A stretch of 64,000 bases of DNA from Psammoneis japonica (taxonomy: Eukaryota): positions 62,001-126,000 of the forward strand of contig QPGO01000044.1 in the NCBI GenBank assembly GCA_008632985.1, given 5' to 3'. Numbering within the stretch: position 1 is the stretch's first letter; each line of letters starts with the position of its first letter. The position numbers were made by a program, and so were the translations under genes. Under the pieces are notes generated by a model that saw nothing but the letters and a program-made list of their open reading frames with translations, made no database searches and was not told where the DNA came from. Shown here piece after piece: positions 24,718 to 38,771 of the stretch.

Positions 24718-26232
24718 ATGCCCAAGAAATCCATTTCCGACTTGACGGATGCCGACCTTGAAGGCAAGAAGGTCTTGGTTCGTTGTGATTTAAACGTTCC
24801 TCGTGAGTAGCCCTTGTTCTGCAGCTGCATCTTGGAAAGCCTTCTGCAAGGCTGATCCACAGGCATCCGTCACAAACAAGACTCGCTCAACCTTTCCATT
24901 GCCCGTTTTTCGTTCTTTTCGTTTCGTTCAGTGGACGGCAAGACAATCACTGACGATACGCGCATTCGTTCGTCGCTTCCCACTCTGAAATATCTCGTCG
25001 ACAAGGGAGCCATTGTTGCCGTGTGCTCTCACTTGGGCCGTCCTAAGAATGGCCCCGAAGACAAGTTTTCCCTCGAGCCGTGTGCCGCGCACATGAGCAA
25101 GCTGCTCAAGCCCGTCAAGTTTGTGTCGGACTGTGTCGGTACGGAGGTTGCAGAGGCGGTGGCAGCGGCGAAGAATGGAGACGTCATCATGCTAGAGAAC
25201 ACCCGTTTCTACAAGGAAGAAACCAAGAACGATGCGGCTTTTGCCGAGAAGCTGGCTTCTCCTTTCGATCTCTACGTCAATGATGCCTTTGGATCAGCCC
25301 ATCGTGCTCATGCCTCCACCGAGGGTGTGACTCACTTTTTGAGTCCCTGTGTTTCAGGCTTTTTACTTGCCAAGGAGCTCGAGTATCTCGATGGTGCCGT
25401 TTCGTCTGGCAAAAAGCCACTTGCGGCCATTGTCGGTGGTGCCAAGGTGAGCTCGAAAATCACCGTTTTGAACAGTTTGCTCGACAAGTGTGACTTGGTG
25501 GTGATTGGTGGAGGCATGGTGTTTACCTTTCTCAAGGCCAAGGGTCTCGGCGTGGGCACGTCGCTGGTCGAGGACGACTTTATCGATACCGCCAAGCAAG
25601 TTTTGGCCAAGGCGGAGGAACTGGGCAAGAAAATTTTGCTCCCCGTCGACATTGTCGTGGCGGACGCGTTTAGTGCCGACGCAAACACCAAGATTGTTCC
25701 CGTCGACGAAATCCCCGACGGATGGATGGGACTGGATAACGGCCCCAAGACGACGGAGGAGCAGAAGGAAGCTCTATCGAGCTGCAATGTAAGTGTTTGA
25801 AAAGATTCCCGTTTGTTTCATACTCGATTGTACTAAAACGTTTCGTTTTGAACTTTGTGCTTTTTGCCCTTGAATGGCTCAGACCATGTAAGTTGAATAC
25901 TCAGTGCCCCACGTCCAAGTCGTGCTGTGCCCTTTTCTCATTACATTTTCTTTTCTTACGCTTCCGTTCATTCTTAAAGCATTATGAATGGACCCATGGG
26001 CGTGTTTGAAATGGATAAGTTCGCGGCGGGTACCTTCGCCCTGGTTGGTATTTTAGCCGACTTGACTAAGGACAAGGGCGCTATTACGATTATTGGTGGC
26101 GGTGACTCGGTGGCGGCCACGGAAAAGAGTGGTCGCGCAGGTGACATGTCTCACATTTCCACTGGAGGTGGAGCCTCTCTTGAGCTTTTGGAAGGAAAGG
26201 TCTTGCCTGGAGTGGATGCTCTTGATGAATAA
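24718..26232 (+). CDS. PGK: Phosphoglycerate kinase, probably cytosolic; exons 24718-24802, 24932-25788, 25883-25887, 25980-26232
   Basis: [91 protein letters not shown]. All three introns are GT-AG and restore the frame. No presequence. Confidence 0.97.
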
Positions 26233-26574
26233 TTAGCTTATGGTCTTTAGAAGCAGAGTTTTACAATATCTTTTATGCTCTTCCGGTTGTGCGAAATTCT
26301 CTTGGTCGAATCCCCACGTTTTGAGTATAATCGCAGTCGAGAGCAATCAGCGTTCAAATGACGAGTTCAAGCTACAAAAATTATAAACTTTGCCCTTAAG
26401 AGATTTGGTGCTACAACCTGTAAAGGAGCTTAGCGAGGTGTAGGAAAGAACACATGCCCTGCACTTTTCGAATGCTGTACTGGATGTTGTCGGCAGCAGG
26501 GATTCAGTGCGGACATGACAAATAAATTATTATTTCAAGATGGTTGGTTGGCTATCTTATATCAAAGAAAGAAT

Positions 26575-27747
26575 TCAGCCATGAACAATCATATCCACGA
26601 CATCTGGGCGCATGTATATGCCATGCGACGGACTCGATCCTACATTGCATTTGCCATCATGCTGCTTTCCAAAGACTCCTTCCCACACCAAGTGATCCAA
26701 AACAAGTCCACCCTCTGAAGGTGACCTCAACATGGCCGCGTATTCCTCCTTGAGAGGTGCATTTGTTGTGCTTTTGATTCGTTGTTTTGCAGTATTTTGG
26801 GTCGCTTTTACTTTTCTGAGCTTTTCCGTTGCCATGACATGGTCTCGATTTTTGTCGACATCGTCTTCATCAATGAACATTGCCGTCAAAGCCAAAGCCT
26901 CCCCGACACACTCGGTGCGAAAGACAAAGTCAAATGTCTGTTTAAGCGTAGCAACGGCAGAGTCAATTCCAAGTCGGTTTGTTTCAACAAGCACACTCTG
27001 ATCCACATTTGTTTTTGGCGGCACGTCGCCGAAGCTTTTCACATAAAGGCTGCCAATACCTTTGACAAAGGCGGCCCACTCGTTCGACGATAGTTGGTTT
27101 GGATGAGTCAAGGTTTCGTTTCGACAAAAATACATCCAGTGGGACAGAATGCGCGACGCAGGCTCCCTTAGGGATGTTGTCAAGAGAACCCTTCGCTCTT
27201 GAGACCACATGGTCTTCATTAAATTTTGGACTTGCCACCATTGACGATCCGTATTTCGATCCTCATGGGCGCTAATCGCAATCGGTTTCGTTAGCCGTGT
27301 CTCGCCGACTTGTACAGCATCCTGCTCATTAGTTGGTCTGTGCGTGTCGAGCCATTTTAGTGCAATTGGCTTATCAATTTTGCGTTTTCCTTGAAATATT
27401 TCGATAAAGTCACTCATGAGAAGTCCCGAGAACCCATAGTCCACAAACAAACTGTTCTCGCCATGCTGCCATCGCTGTCCCAGTTGGTTCAATCCAAAAG
27501 AATAGCTTGTGCCGCCGCACTTTTCAAGGTGCACATAAACTAGACCATATCTTCCTTTCACATGGGCTGCAATCTGTTGGAGGACGCTTTTCTTTGGTAC
27601 GGCATTATCTGTCGAGATGGAATTGAAACCAGAATGGACATTTCGTCTGCTAAGGAAACGGAACTGAGAACATGTCTGAAAAATGACGAGACCCACAAGG
27701 GCCCAAGAAATCACGAGGTGCCTCTGTCCCTGCATTTTTTTATGCAC
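26575..27747 (-). CDS. Membrane-anchored (Golgi-type) sulfotransferase family protein
   Basis: Intact 390-aa ORF with an N-terminal TM segment, 5'-PSB-like YVHLEKCGGTS and 3'-PB-like TSLREPASRILSHWMY. Confidence 0.8.
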   Translation of the reverse strand: MHKKMQGQRHLVISWALVGLVIFQTCSQFRFLSRRNVHSGFNSISTDNAVPKKSVLQQIAAHVKGRYGLVYVHLEKCGGTSYSFGLNQLGQRWQHGENSLFVDYGFSGLLMSDFIEIFQGKRKIDKPIALKWLDTHRPTNEQDAVQVGETRLTKPIAISAHEDRNTDRQWWQVQNLMKTMWSQERRVLLTTSLREPASRILSHWMYFCRNETLTHPNQLSSNEWAAFVKGIGSLYVKSFGDVPPKTNVDQSVLVETNRLGIDSAVATLKQTFDFVFRTECVGEALALTAMFIDEDDVDKNRDHVMATEKLRKVKATQNTAKQRIKSTTNAPLKEEYAAMLRSPSEGGLVLDHLVWEGVFGKQHDGKCNVGSSPSHGIYMRPDVVDMIVHG

Positions 27748-28249
27748 TCCACTCTAGTAGAATGAGTTTCGACTGCGCAAAACTAGACTACTTAGTAAGC
27801 ACATAGCAAGGGAAAGTGGTTGTCAGTTCCAATTATTTGTGGGCAAAAAAAAAGTAACCCACCCGCACGCACGGAATTGGAATCTTATGCGTTAAGAATG
27901 ACATCGAAAATATTACGGATATGTAGATGTAACATTTAAAATATAAATAATGTTAACGGATCACATGCATATACCGAATATCTATTTGATCTCAAGCTCA
28001 CACTCTACTACAGTACTGTGTTTAAAATTTAAAATGTCAACGGATGATTATGTATAAGGTATTCATACATGAATGTTTTCTCCTATGTAAGTGTTGTTCA
28101 AAACGCCCATGCGTTGGAAATTGCCGGGGACTTCTGCCGGAAAGCGCCTCTGCGAGCCTGCCGGCCAAACAATGCACTGTCCGTCTGTGCGTTGGGGGCA
28201 ACATTTTTTGGAATTTTCGGCATTTTTACGGTGCGACGATACGAACGAC

Positions 28250-31200
28250 GTTGCACCATGACGGAAGCGACAGCGCATTGCCAACTCTGTGAAACAGAGG
28301 TTTCTGGCCAGTGCAAGCTGCTGAAAGTTGTGCTTGTGCCCACTCTTGATGGACAGATGGGCAGTGTTAGCTTTGTTGCTGGCCACCCACCAAAAACTTT
28401 GGTCGAGCAGGAAGTGGCACCCATCTTCAGAACAAAATGCAGCAGAAATCATCTTCACAAAGCTTGGCTCAGATCTGGCATCATCATCAAATGCCCCTGT
28501 GCTGATTGTGCCATCTGCAGACAAGATTGAAGCCCAGACTCTCTGATGAATCTAACACAAAGCTCTCCCAAGAAATGAAAAGAACAGCGTGTGGTTTCTG
28601 GAGCCCAAGAACGGCTCAAAAAGGAACTTGCACAATGCAGAAAAGCAGCCCAAGGCTCAGCTCTGTAAAGCCTTGGCTGCCAGGCTGCTCAGGGGGTGCT
28701 GCTTCTCACAAGCTTGGCTGCAATGAGGATGAGTTTGGGGGGCTTTGATGCATCTTTGCACTCTGCTGAGTGCACCGGGTGCGCCGCTGTTGAGATGTGT
28801 TCTGACAAGGTTGCTGATGATCAAGAAGGCTTTGCCATTTTAGAAACAAAGTGTTTTGCAGTGTTTTGCCTTTGTCCCAGTGACTTCTCTGACAAGTGCT
28901 CCTCCAACGGATGCAGTGAACAGCTCCTGACTGCAGAGAGCGCATGTTTGAGTTGGGAAAACACCTGGAGCCACCAAGCTCAGCAAATGATGTGCAGATG
29001 ACACCTGCAAATGCTGCAACCAGGCTGCTAAAGAGCAAGAAGCTGCATCTGTGGCTGCAGATCCAGATGCTGAAGATGGGCTTTGGTGTTGTGCACTGTG
29101 ATGATGGTGAGTGCAAGTTTGACCAAGATCTCCAAGACAGCAAAGCCAAAGATGAAACCAATGCCACAGATGAGCCAGCCTGTGACATGCTGATGAGTGT
29201 CAAGATCACCCTGATGAGTGCACAAGGTGATGCCACCATCTGCAATCAAGCCATGGATGTGGGTGATTTCATGGAACTTGTGGAAAGCAATTGCAGTCAC
29301 AATCACTGTGCTGCACAGCACCCACTGCAACGGTGGCTCTGAAATCACCACTGGAGTTTCTCCAATCAATGTTGCTCCAACTGTGTTGGAGACAAAGTGT
29401 CCCTTTGGCAACTCACTGGAGCACACTTTGACATGACCAACTCTGTGTTTTGCAACAAACACAAGTGGTGTGCCTCCTGTCTTGACAATGAACAAGAAGG
29501 GGCATGTGGGACATTTTTGATTGCCTTGTGTTTGCTTTGCACTTTGTTTGATCACTCTCTGCTTGAAGAGAGGAGTTGAAGCAAGCTTGCCTTTGCCCAC
29601 TCTGTTTTGTGTGAAGCAAATGATGATGACAGCAGCAACAGCCATCAGAGCAAGGGCTGCAATGACCCCAAAGTTTGGAGATTAGCCATGAGCTCCATGA
29701 GCGAAGTGCAAAGTGTTGTCAAAATCATCTTGTCTTTGACATCAGTGAATGTCAACACTGGTGCACTGGGTGTCAGACAAGCAATTGTCTGCCACCACTT
29801 TCTGCCCCAAGAGCACAATTTTTTTTGACTTTTTGCCCCTCAATGACTTGCATGTCTCTCATTCTTGTTTTCGTTGTGTCTGGTGGGGCAACAATCTGAG
29901 ATGCACGCCAGCATGACAAAATTTCCGTCATTTCAGAAAGTTGGATTTGTCTTGTGTTGTTAATTGCTTGATGCAAATGCTGCATGCTGGCATGCAGACA
30001 ACTGATGTTGTGCGTTAAGCCAAGCTGCAATCTTGCACGCTCATGCTTGAGTTGATTCATGCAACACAATCTTGTCACCTGCCACATGTCTTTTTTACCA
30101 CATGGTTCGTCCCACTCATTTTCATCTCACTTCTTATTGCAACTCAAACAATGGTGGCCCCCTTTGCCATCGGAAATGATTGTCCCAAGTGTGGCAAACA
30201 TTTTCTCCCAACTGGTCTTCAACACCACCTGAGAACTTGTCTCCCCTGCAAACTGGCCTTTTCTCAAAGCCTTTTTGACGTTTCTTCCGGTCAATCCGAT
30301 GCCGCTCATGACAAACATTCCCAAATGGGAGAATCAGATGAATGAGTGGACGTTGCTGCCTCTTCTACCCTTGGCTCTCCTTCATTTGAATTTCTTGCCG
30401 CCGGGCCCGACTCCAATGCCATGCCAACTCCACAAGTTTACACGAGACACAATCCCCGGCCATTGCGCTCCAATCATGCCATCTCATCTGTGCCAGAGCT
30501 GCGTGGTTCCCACAACAATTCCGTTCTTCCCCACGCCGATGATGTTTCAGAGTGCCAGTTTCCTGACAATGAAGAACTTGTTTCCAACACCAAGGGTTCT
30601 GCCACCACGGTTGCCAATTCTGTCCCTTTTGCCACACTTGATCAAGTTGGACACCTCTCCGCTGACAAGGACCTTGTGGTGCCCAAAGTTCACAACTGCA
30701 AAATTACATCCATGGTCCGCATGTTGAATTTGTGTTGCTCCAAGGGTGTCCCAATCAGTGCAACAGATGAATTGCTGAGAACTGTGCAGGAGGAATTCTC
30801 CAGTGGTGGGTTGTCTGTCACTGACAAAGTGCGACACGATGGGTGGCCTTGGATGCATTGCATCGACAAAGGGCATCCTGGAATGCGTGTTTTCCTGCCT
30901 CAGCTGGAAAATGACATAGAAAATGGATTTGGTTCACAAACTGTTGAGGCCACATGTGCTCAATGCTTTGTGAGAAACAGTGGAGCAAGACAACACATTG
31001 CAAATGTGGAGATGCAACTTGGGCAATCCCAGCTGCACTTTGATGAGGCGACACCGGATTGCAAGGCTGTTGCATCAGTTGCGAAAGAGACCACATTGAG
31101 GGAGCATTCCAGATGTTCAGTTTGCACAAAAAACTGGATAAAAGCAGAACATGCATCGACTCTTGGGCACTCAATTGTCATGTTGCGGTGGGACATGTGG

Positions 31201-33400
31201 GTGGTGCCAGGTTGCTGCAGGTGCAGCTTGCAACCATTTTTGAAGGAGTGGGTGCAAAACAACAGAATCCGTTGCAACATGTGCATGGACAAAGTGACTT
31301 TGACGCTAGATTTGGTTGACTTTGAAGTGGAGATGCCGGTCGACCTTGCAATGCAAAACCCTTGCATGATCATGATGGCTTGCCAAAAAAATGACATGGA
31401 GTGCTGGTTCCCAAAAATCATGTGTGCTCTGCCACCTGTCAGAGAGGATGCGGTGGTGCAAGAGATGACACCAGGTTGGACGTGGTTCATCTTAACGAAC
31501 ACGATGCCGGTGTAGACGTCCCCTGGCCTTTCGCAGAGTGACATTGCCCACCTCCAGTGAGCAGAGACTTGGCATTGCACTGGAAAGTGCTCTTGGGAAT
31601 GAGGGTGTTCTGCACAGGAGTGCACGCATCCAGAGAGGGTCACATCAGTGGATTGCACCAAATTGCGGAGAGTCTGTGCAAATCTTACGAAACAGCGAGA
31701 GAAGAAGCGGGTGTCATGGAGGAAGACAGAAGGGTGAGAGCAAGACTGGACGATGAGTGAGGGTAAAGAGATGAGCCTAATTTCCTAGAAAGTTTTAACT
31801 GGAGCTGGATGACCAAATCATGAAAATTTTAAAAGCACTGGCCAGTTGCAAACTGCCAGCATGTGAAACATTGCGGGTGACAAACAGGGGACAGCCAAGA
31901 GCATGGGGACCCAGACGGCAAAGCAAGATGTCGCAGGCCAGCTAAAAATGCAAAAAGAGGTGTTCGGACTACAGCCCTTTCATCTATGAAAACACGCCCA
32001 AAAAAAAAAATTAGATGGCGATTTGAAAATTCCAGCTAACAACAGTTGGGAGTGCCATTGTTCTTTGTGCGGATCATGCAAAATGTGGTGAACGGACAAT
32101 GTGAGGATGCAAACAACAACACCTGCCATTCAAAAGCAATGCAAAATTCATCAATTGATGTTCAACAATGAGTGATTTTTGAAAATTTTGGCATTCAAAG
32201 AGAGGGAGCATTTTTAAGAATGACAAACAGGCATGCTGGCAGGCATGCACTCCAGGACTGGGTTTGGTCTGAGGGAGGAATTTTGTTGGCACAAAACACG
32301 TTGGAGTGGGTGAGCAAACATGTCGGTGTGAAACGATTCATCAGGTACGTGCGTTGCACTGACGTTGCACAAACGGGTTGGCCTGCTTGTGCTGATCTTG
32401 TGTCCTTCGTTGCAGTTGGCACCCATGACATGGCAGAGACAGGATCACACAATGTGGAGATTGTGGGAATGTTGGTCATCAGCTTGGAGGCAGCAAGGAG
32501 AAAGTTCAAGACAAAGTTCGTGACACATGACAAGGTCGAGTTGGCTTTTGGGAGCAAAATGCAGAAAAAAGTTTGCAAACACCTCAACATGGATGCGAGT
32601 GACTGTGCAGTTTGGTGGGAGAGAACAAGGAGAAGGTGAGGAAAAGACCAAACAGGAGAAGAAACAACAGGCAGGAGGTTTTTAGAAAGAAGTTGGTTGG
32701 CAAGCACTGTCCAGGCTGTGCATGGATGAGATGGAGCAGTGTTCTCACAAATTGATTCTTGCTCAGAGATGGCCAGATACGATGGAATGCCAAGCGTCAA
32801 AGACATCAAAAAGGGCAGGGCGTTGCCTCAAATGCACTTCTGGTTCTTGGAAAATTGCTGCTCCCTGGCAGCAGGAATGGAACACTTTAAAACAGTGGAC
32901 AGCCAAGGTGTCAGCAATTGGCTGACAACAAGTGCAGAAGCTTTTGCCAGGGTGATGCATGACAACTGCTGCAATGCGGCCATGTCGGTGGCAGAGATCA
33001 AAGAGCAATTCGAACAAAATGGTGGGGTGCAACAACCAACCCAGCCGGTGGCCCCAAAGTGCACTTTCATGGGGAAAGGTGCAAAGCAAATCAAGGATGG
33101 AACCAGGATGGGATCGACAAGTGCAACAAACTCTACGATGCGGTGGCGAAGGAGAGAATGGATTGCAGCAGAGTCGATGCACAGCACCTGCAGACAAAAA
33201 ATCGGAGAGCACACACAGCAAGAAAAGAAAGAAGAAAAAGAAGGACAACATGAGGGGATGGGCAGCTCCAAAAACAGATTGGAGTGACAGCAAGGAGGAG
33301 GCCACAGGAAGGAATGACAAAGAGGGAGCAAAGAGGAAGAGACTCCAGAAGCAGCAGCAACTGACAACAGCACTTTGACACAAATGGGTTCTCAGAGGCA
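28250..33400 (+). mobile_element. Decayed DNA transposon, Plavaka/CMC-like, internally rearranged
   Basis: Zinc finger CPKCGKHF..LQHHLRTC and MLNLCCSKGVPISATDELL at ~30150-30810. Accessory-ORF motif TTSAEAFARVMHDN..KCT..GWNQDGIDKCNKLYDAVAKER at ~32900-33160. No catalytic core or termini recognised. Confidence 0.45.
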
Positions 33401-35299
33401 GAGCAAACAACAACCCGCAGAAGTGAGCGAGGATGCAACGAGCATGCGGGTGGCATGGCAGTGACGTTCACTGGCATGCAGCAGAAAACAACAACAGCAA
33501 AGGCATCAACCACAAAATCAACTCAGTTTGGCAGCTGCAACATCATGGAATGTGAGTTGGGCCGTTGACTGGAAAGAAACATTTTCATGGTGAAAAGCAT
33601 CCCAGTGTTGCACTGAAAAATGTCGGGAACATTGTCCGTGTGCTTGTTGGATTTAAAGAATGGTTTGAAAGCAATGTGAATCGGGGACCAGTCCGAAGGT
33701 AAATTGTCGCACGGTGAAAAGTGAGTGAGTGTTGCACTTGAAAATGTTGGCAATGTTCTCCGCATGGACATCACATTTAAATTTTCTTGCAACACATGAC
33801 AAGAAAAATTACATCAGAAGTAAGATTTCTGACAGCGTGCAAAAAATTTTAAATTAAATTAAAAAAATTCAGACATGACGGGCAAAAATGTCACACGCAA
33901 GTTCGCATGCGATGTCAGATTGTTGCCCCACCAGACGACTTGCACAGACCACCAACCAAAAGGCCAATGAAGAGCAAGTGCCAGCAAATGCATTGCAACC
34001 TTGAAGACTGGAGCTTGCAACAACAGCTGCAAGGTTGTTGTTGGCTGCCTTGGAGTTGCCCACTTCACACTTTTGAGCAACAAATGAGCTCATTGCCATG
34101 TCAAGAACCAGGTGTCAGATGCACCCCCCAGCCACATTGTTGCCCTTGCAATCCTTGGAGCTGGCTGCATGGCATTGTGGGTCACAGTGTGTGCCCTTTG
34201 CACTCAGCTCACTGGCAGAAACACACCTTGGAGGCACTGCAAAAGAAAGCACACTGGCCCTTCCAACATCACAAGGCAGACCTCTGGTGCTGTCCTTGGA
34301 AGGTCTGGCAGCAGCAACGTCAGCAACTCTGGCAAAAGAGACCCCCCTCTGTTCCAACTGTAACATTGATGTGTTTTTGTCCCAGGTGAGAAACAAGTGC
34401 ACAGCACTGAGGTCAGCTGTTGTGTCTCTTTCCTTCTTCCATCACTGTGCTTTTTGTGCAAGCAAATCTTGATGGACTTTCTGCCAATTTTTTGTTGCTT
34501 CTTTTGTCAGATCTGTTTGTTTTGAACCATGACATCTGTTGGTGCACAAGAACAGACTGGTTTGTGGTGGCTTGTCAACACAGTGTGAACTCATGCACAA
34601 TTTGTGTGTGTGCACCACAGTTTCCCGCTTTCACTTTGAAGCGATCTTCTTGACCTTTTCTCACAATCACAATGTCCAGTGTAACAACATCAGCAGCAAC
34701 AAAAAGAGCATGTCAATGCTGTCTGCTGTCACTAACTCTGCTGCCAGATGTGGTGCACATTCAACTGAAAGTCAAATCATCACCACAATGCTCTCAGCCA
34801 AGAGTCATTGCAGGTTGGGAGCCAAAGTGTCATGCTCCAACTGTCTCTGCAACAAAACAAAATGTTGCTCTCTTTTTCAAGAGTGACAGATTCCTCTTGT
34901 GCCACTGGCAAATCCCTCAACCCAATGAATGTGCATGTTTCCAGATTGTTGTGGTGTCTCTCATCCTCCACCTGTGATTTAGAGAGATCTGGCGCCAAGT
35001 TGATGCTTTTCCATTGATCAGTGCATCAACTGCATCCCTTTCTGTTTTCCGACAACCTGGGGCTGTGAACCTGAGAAAGAAAAGTGCAGTGGTGGCACAA
35101 CTTTTGTTGATCACACATCTGGCCATGTGCTCCTCCCAACTGGCCAACTTGGTCTCACTGCAGGTGAAACCATGCATGCCAAGTGCCCCTTTGAGCAGCT
35201 TGGTGATCCATTCGGGGTCTGAATCAAGAAGACATGCCTCACTGACAACATCCCTTTTGGCTCTTGGGCCTTCATGCAAGATCTTGAAAAAAAACTTCT

Positions 35300-37350
35300 T
35301 TGGCATTGGTGCCCATCATCAAAATGGCATTGCTAAGTGACCCACTCAATTTGTTGCTTCATGGGCATGAGCCATGCCACTGCATTCTGTCCTTGTGTGG
35401 TCAGATGCAACCAATTTGGAGTTGTGTCCATCATCTGTGACTCATGCAGCCTGCCTTTGGAATCATCTTCCAAAGGCTGACACTTGCACCACACCAGCAT
35501 CTGCAGGTGAAGGGCTGTCCAGTGCACGTTTTAGATCCCAAACCACAGGATGGCAAGAAGGTGCCAAAATGGGACCCACAGAGCAACTGGTGCAGCCAGT
35601 GCCTTGGTGCTTTCCCTGCTCACTTGGCTGATGTTGGTCTTGTTGATCCTGAACATGAACACCCAAAATGTCAGACCTTGATGCCACGTGGTTCATGACA
35701 GCCATTTTTCAACAGTGCCCAACAGCAACTCAAGCAGTTTTTTTCAAGACTTGCCTTTTTCCACTCTGAAGACCCTCTCAACTGTCTTTCAGCCTTTCAC
35801 AAAATGAATGGCTGACACCCAAAGAGTGCTGCCACTGCAACAACCACCATTGAACTCATGCACATCACTGCCGACAAGGCTCTGCTGTGCAGCATGCTCT
35901 TCCTGCTGCCAGCTCTTCCTCTTGCCTCTTCCATCACAGCTCCAGAGAGGGAGAACAGCAGCTGACTCAGGACATGCCACTCCATGGTCCTCAGAGTCTC
36001 TAGAGGGAGCAGAGCTTGATGAGTTTGGTGACAAGAGCAAAGATGAGTTGTCCCTTGTCAATCATCACAACTTGCCTGAAGATCTGGATTTCAATTTTGA
36101 GGAAGCAAAGCACATGCTGCCAGCAGCTTCAAATGCTCTTGCTGCTCATGCTTAGACTTGCAGTGGTGGCTGCACCATCAAGAAACCACATCGCATTGTT
36201 GAGTCCATGAAGACCAAAATCTGCACTTTTGACTGACTGCAAAAATTCCAAGCACTCTGTCAAGTCAGAAACATTGAGTGAGCATTTTCCAATGGCATTG
36301 CAACAGGAAAGTGTCATGAGTGCACTCAGATCAAAAGACTTGCTTGCTGTGGTCAATGTCTTCAACAAAAGCACCAATCAAGAACATGGCGCACTCGAAG
36401 AGATGCGCCCTTTGGCCCTTGCAGCTGATGGCAATTCTGCAGATGACCCAACTTGGTGAGAAGTCACAAGTGGACCTCATTGCACAGCCTGTCTTGAGGC
36501 TTGTGACATTGAAATTGATTTCCTTGTCAATGGAAATCAATGGAAAAGATGCCCGGGAAGAAGTCCACTGCCAACGCTGGATGAGCACACTGCCACCCGC
36601 TTGTGGCTGCCTTCAAATGCAAAAGACACCCTGGTGGGTCACCAGTCAGAAAACACAAAGCCCAATTCTGTGTCAGTGGAGATGAGCAACTGGAAGGCAT
36701 TGATCACTTGGACACTTTTGCACTGGTTGTAAATTGGACAACAGCCCAGTTGATTCTCACATTGTTTCAAATTTTGGAGCTGTCTCCTCCAAGCAAGTTG
36801 ATTGTGTCACTGCTTTTGTTCATGATCCAATTGACAAGGATCCAAAATGGGATGTCATGATGCTCAAAGAGCCAGAGCACTCTGGCTTGTGTGCACAGAT
36901 TCCACGAGGATGCTCCGAGCCTGACAAAGCATTGAAACTCAACAGGGCCATTTGTGGCCTCAAAGACCGCACAATCCCCCCTGCACCTTGAAAGCTTGAA
37001 GATGCTGGACTCCAATCTCAAGATGATGCGGATCCATGCCTCTTTGTGTCAGGTGAGGTCATCTGCCTTGTGCATGTTGAAGACAAACTTTTCTTTTCAC
37101 CGAAGCAAGAGCACATCGAGGAGGTGATCGAAAAACTCAAAATCGATGGCAGTCTGTCCATCAAAGTCGAAGATTCCGTCGCAGCAGGTTTTTCAGGCGT
37201 CCACATCGATCGCGACGCCGACAATGGTGCGATCAAGCTAACCCGGAGCGATTTGACCAAGCACGTCATTGATGCCATCCACCAAAGCCCGAACGCCTGC
37301 ACCAGCTGCTCCATTGGTCAAGGACACCGATGCAGACCCACCCATGGGTT
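35300..37350 (+). mobile_element. Decayed Ty1/copia pol fragment (integrase and RT)
   Basis: GIGAHHQNGIA, HAACLWNHLP, GCPVHVLDPK..DGKKVPKWDP, FKCKRHPGG..KHKAQFCVSGD, KQVDCVTAFVH, DPCLFV..ICLVHVEDKLFFSP. Confidence 0.92.
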
Positions 37351-38690
37351 GTAACGCAGAGTCCTTAAAGTGGCGCATGAGTCTGGGGATGGAAAAGCAG
37401 CACTTTGCACAGCTGTGCGGTCAGGAGACGTAAGCGCAGCAGGAGCATTGAGGAGGACACAAATGGGGACATGGAAAAATAGGCAACTTTCCTACATAAT
37501 CTATATTTTGCTACTCAACAGTGGTGCACGTCGGTCAAGAATGGATTGAATGCCCGATTCGCATTCTTTCGACTTGCACGCGAGGACCTTAAGCTCTTTC
37601 AAAATCTCGTAGTCATGACGATAAAAATGAGCAAGGCATTTTTCACCCAAAGATGATAGAGGAACGGGCTGCTGACTCGCAGAAGAGTGACGAGAAGCAT
37701 TTAACCCTACAGATAGATAATTCGGCGGGTTACAATCAAGGAGATGAACCCGATCGTTACGGACGGCCAGGTCGGAAGCATTGAAATAGCCCGAATTGCT
37801 GTTTACCCAAGAAATGATTTCGTCGATTTGAGATTTTATGTCAAAGCCTTTTTCAAGCACAATCGGCCGTAGTGATTGAGCTACGCTTTTCCAGCTGTCT
37901 CCTAGCCAATCTCCGATTGAAGACTGAGCATGTCCTATGTGATTTATATCATCGGCAACATGTTCTTGGTCACACAATGCTTCTGCAAGGAGGTTCACAT
38001 TGCGTTTGTACTTGTGAAAAAGTATTTCTTGCTCTTTATTTGGTCTCTCAATTGAGCCCTGACAATAGTTCTTTGGGTGTTTGTGACCTTTCCACTGAAC
38101 TCTCCACGGAGTACGCAGGTCTCCATCGGGGTTGCACAACATAATGGCTCTCCAATAAAAGGCGCTGACGAAGCGATCAATAGGATCCCGAACTGTGACG
38201 GCAAATAAAGCCCTGTCCTGAGATTCTGGCTTCAAACGTTCAGGACAAGGAAACGGATGACACTCCGTCGGATCAATCTTCCAAAACGTCTTGAATCGAA
38301 AGTTGAAAGTACCCCCTCCAGCTTTTCCAATGTGTAAGAGTGTGAATATTTCTTCCGGAAGTTGTATCATTTCCATACCTATGACCGGTTTCGATGCTCG
38401 AGAAAGTGAGCACGGATCATGTTTTCTACTGTCTTGCAACTTGATTGATTCATGTTCAGTGGTGCCTTCAAGCTTCTTTGACATTTCATCAGCATTAAAC
38501 AAGAATGAAATCGAAGCTACCATAGTAGCTGCACAAATAAATATGAATCCTTTAGATTTTGCCATCATAGTGAACGTACGACTAGAAAGGAACCAGAACG
38601 GTCTTACCGCTGTGAACGTTTATGATGCGTTGTGTTATGTTTATTTTCTTTCCGTCGAAAATAAAGTGGCTGCTGGCTGTGGGTTGACCG
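36890..38690. repeat. Segmental duplication, copy 1 (copia fragment plus sulfotransferase)
   Basis: Direct repeat of ~47459-49301. The shared right end is ggctgctggctg(t/c)gggttgaccg. Confidence 0.93.
37501..38568 (-). CDS. Membrane-anchored sulfotransferase family protein, copy 1
   Basis: Intact 355-aa ORF with an N-terminal TM segment, LLHIGKAGGGTF, VTVRDPIDRFVSAFYW and C-terminal FYRHDY. Confidence 0.85.
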   Translation of the reverse strand: MMAKSKGFIFICAATMVASISFLFNADEMSKKLEGTTEHESIKLQDSRKHDPCSLSRASKPVIGMEMIQLPEEIFTLLHIGKAGGGTFNFRFKTFWKIDPTECHPFPCPERLKPESQDRALFAVTVRDPIDRFVSAFYWRAIMLCNPDGDLRTPWRVQWKGHKHPKNYCQGSIERPNKEQEILFHKYKRNVNLLAEALCDQEHVADDINHIGHAQSSIGDWLGDSWKSVAQSLRPIVLEKGFDIKSQIDEIISWVNSNSGYFNASDLAVRNDRVHLLDCNPPNYLSVGLNASRHSSASQQPVPLSSLGEKCLAHFYRHDYEILKELKVLACKSKECESGIQSILDRRAPLLSSKI

Positions 38691-38771
38691 CACCTCGCCT
38701 CCTTGCTCGCTCGCGTTGTACACACGGTATGTTGGATGTAGGTTCCACTAAAACTGCCCTCGAAAATATTA

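Noticed and set aside
24931..26232. PGK appearing as two separate ORFs or as a pseudogene
   Set aside because: Canonical introns and the micro-exon give one complete frame.
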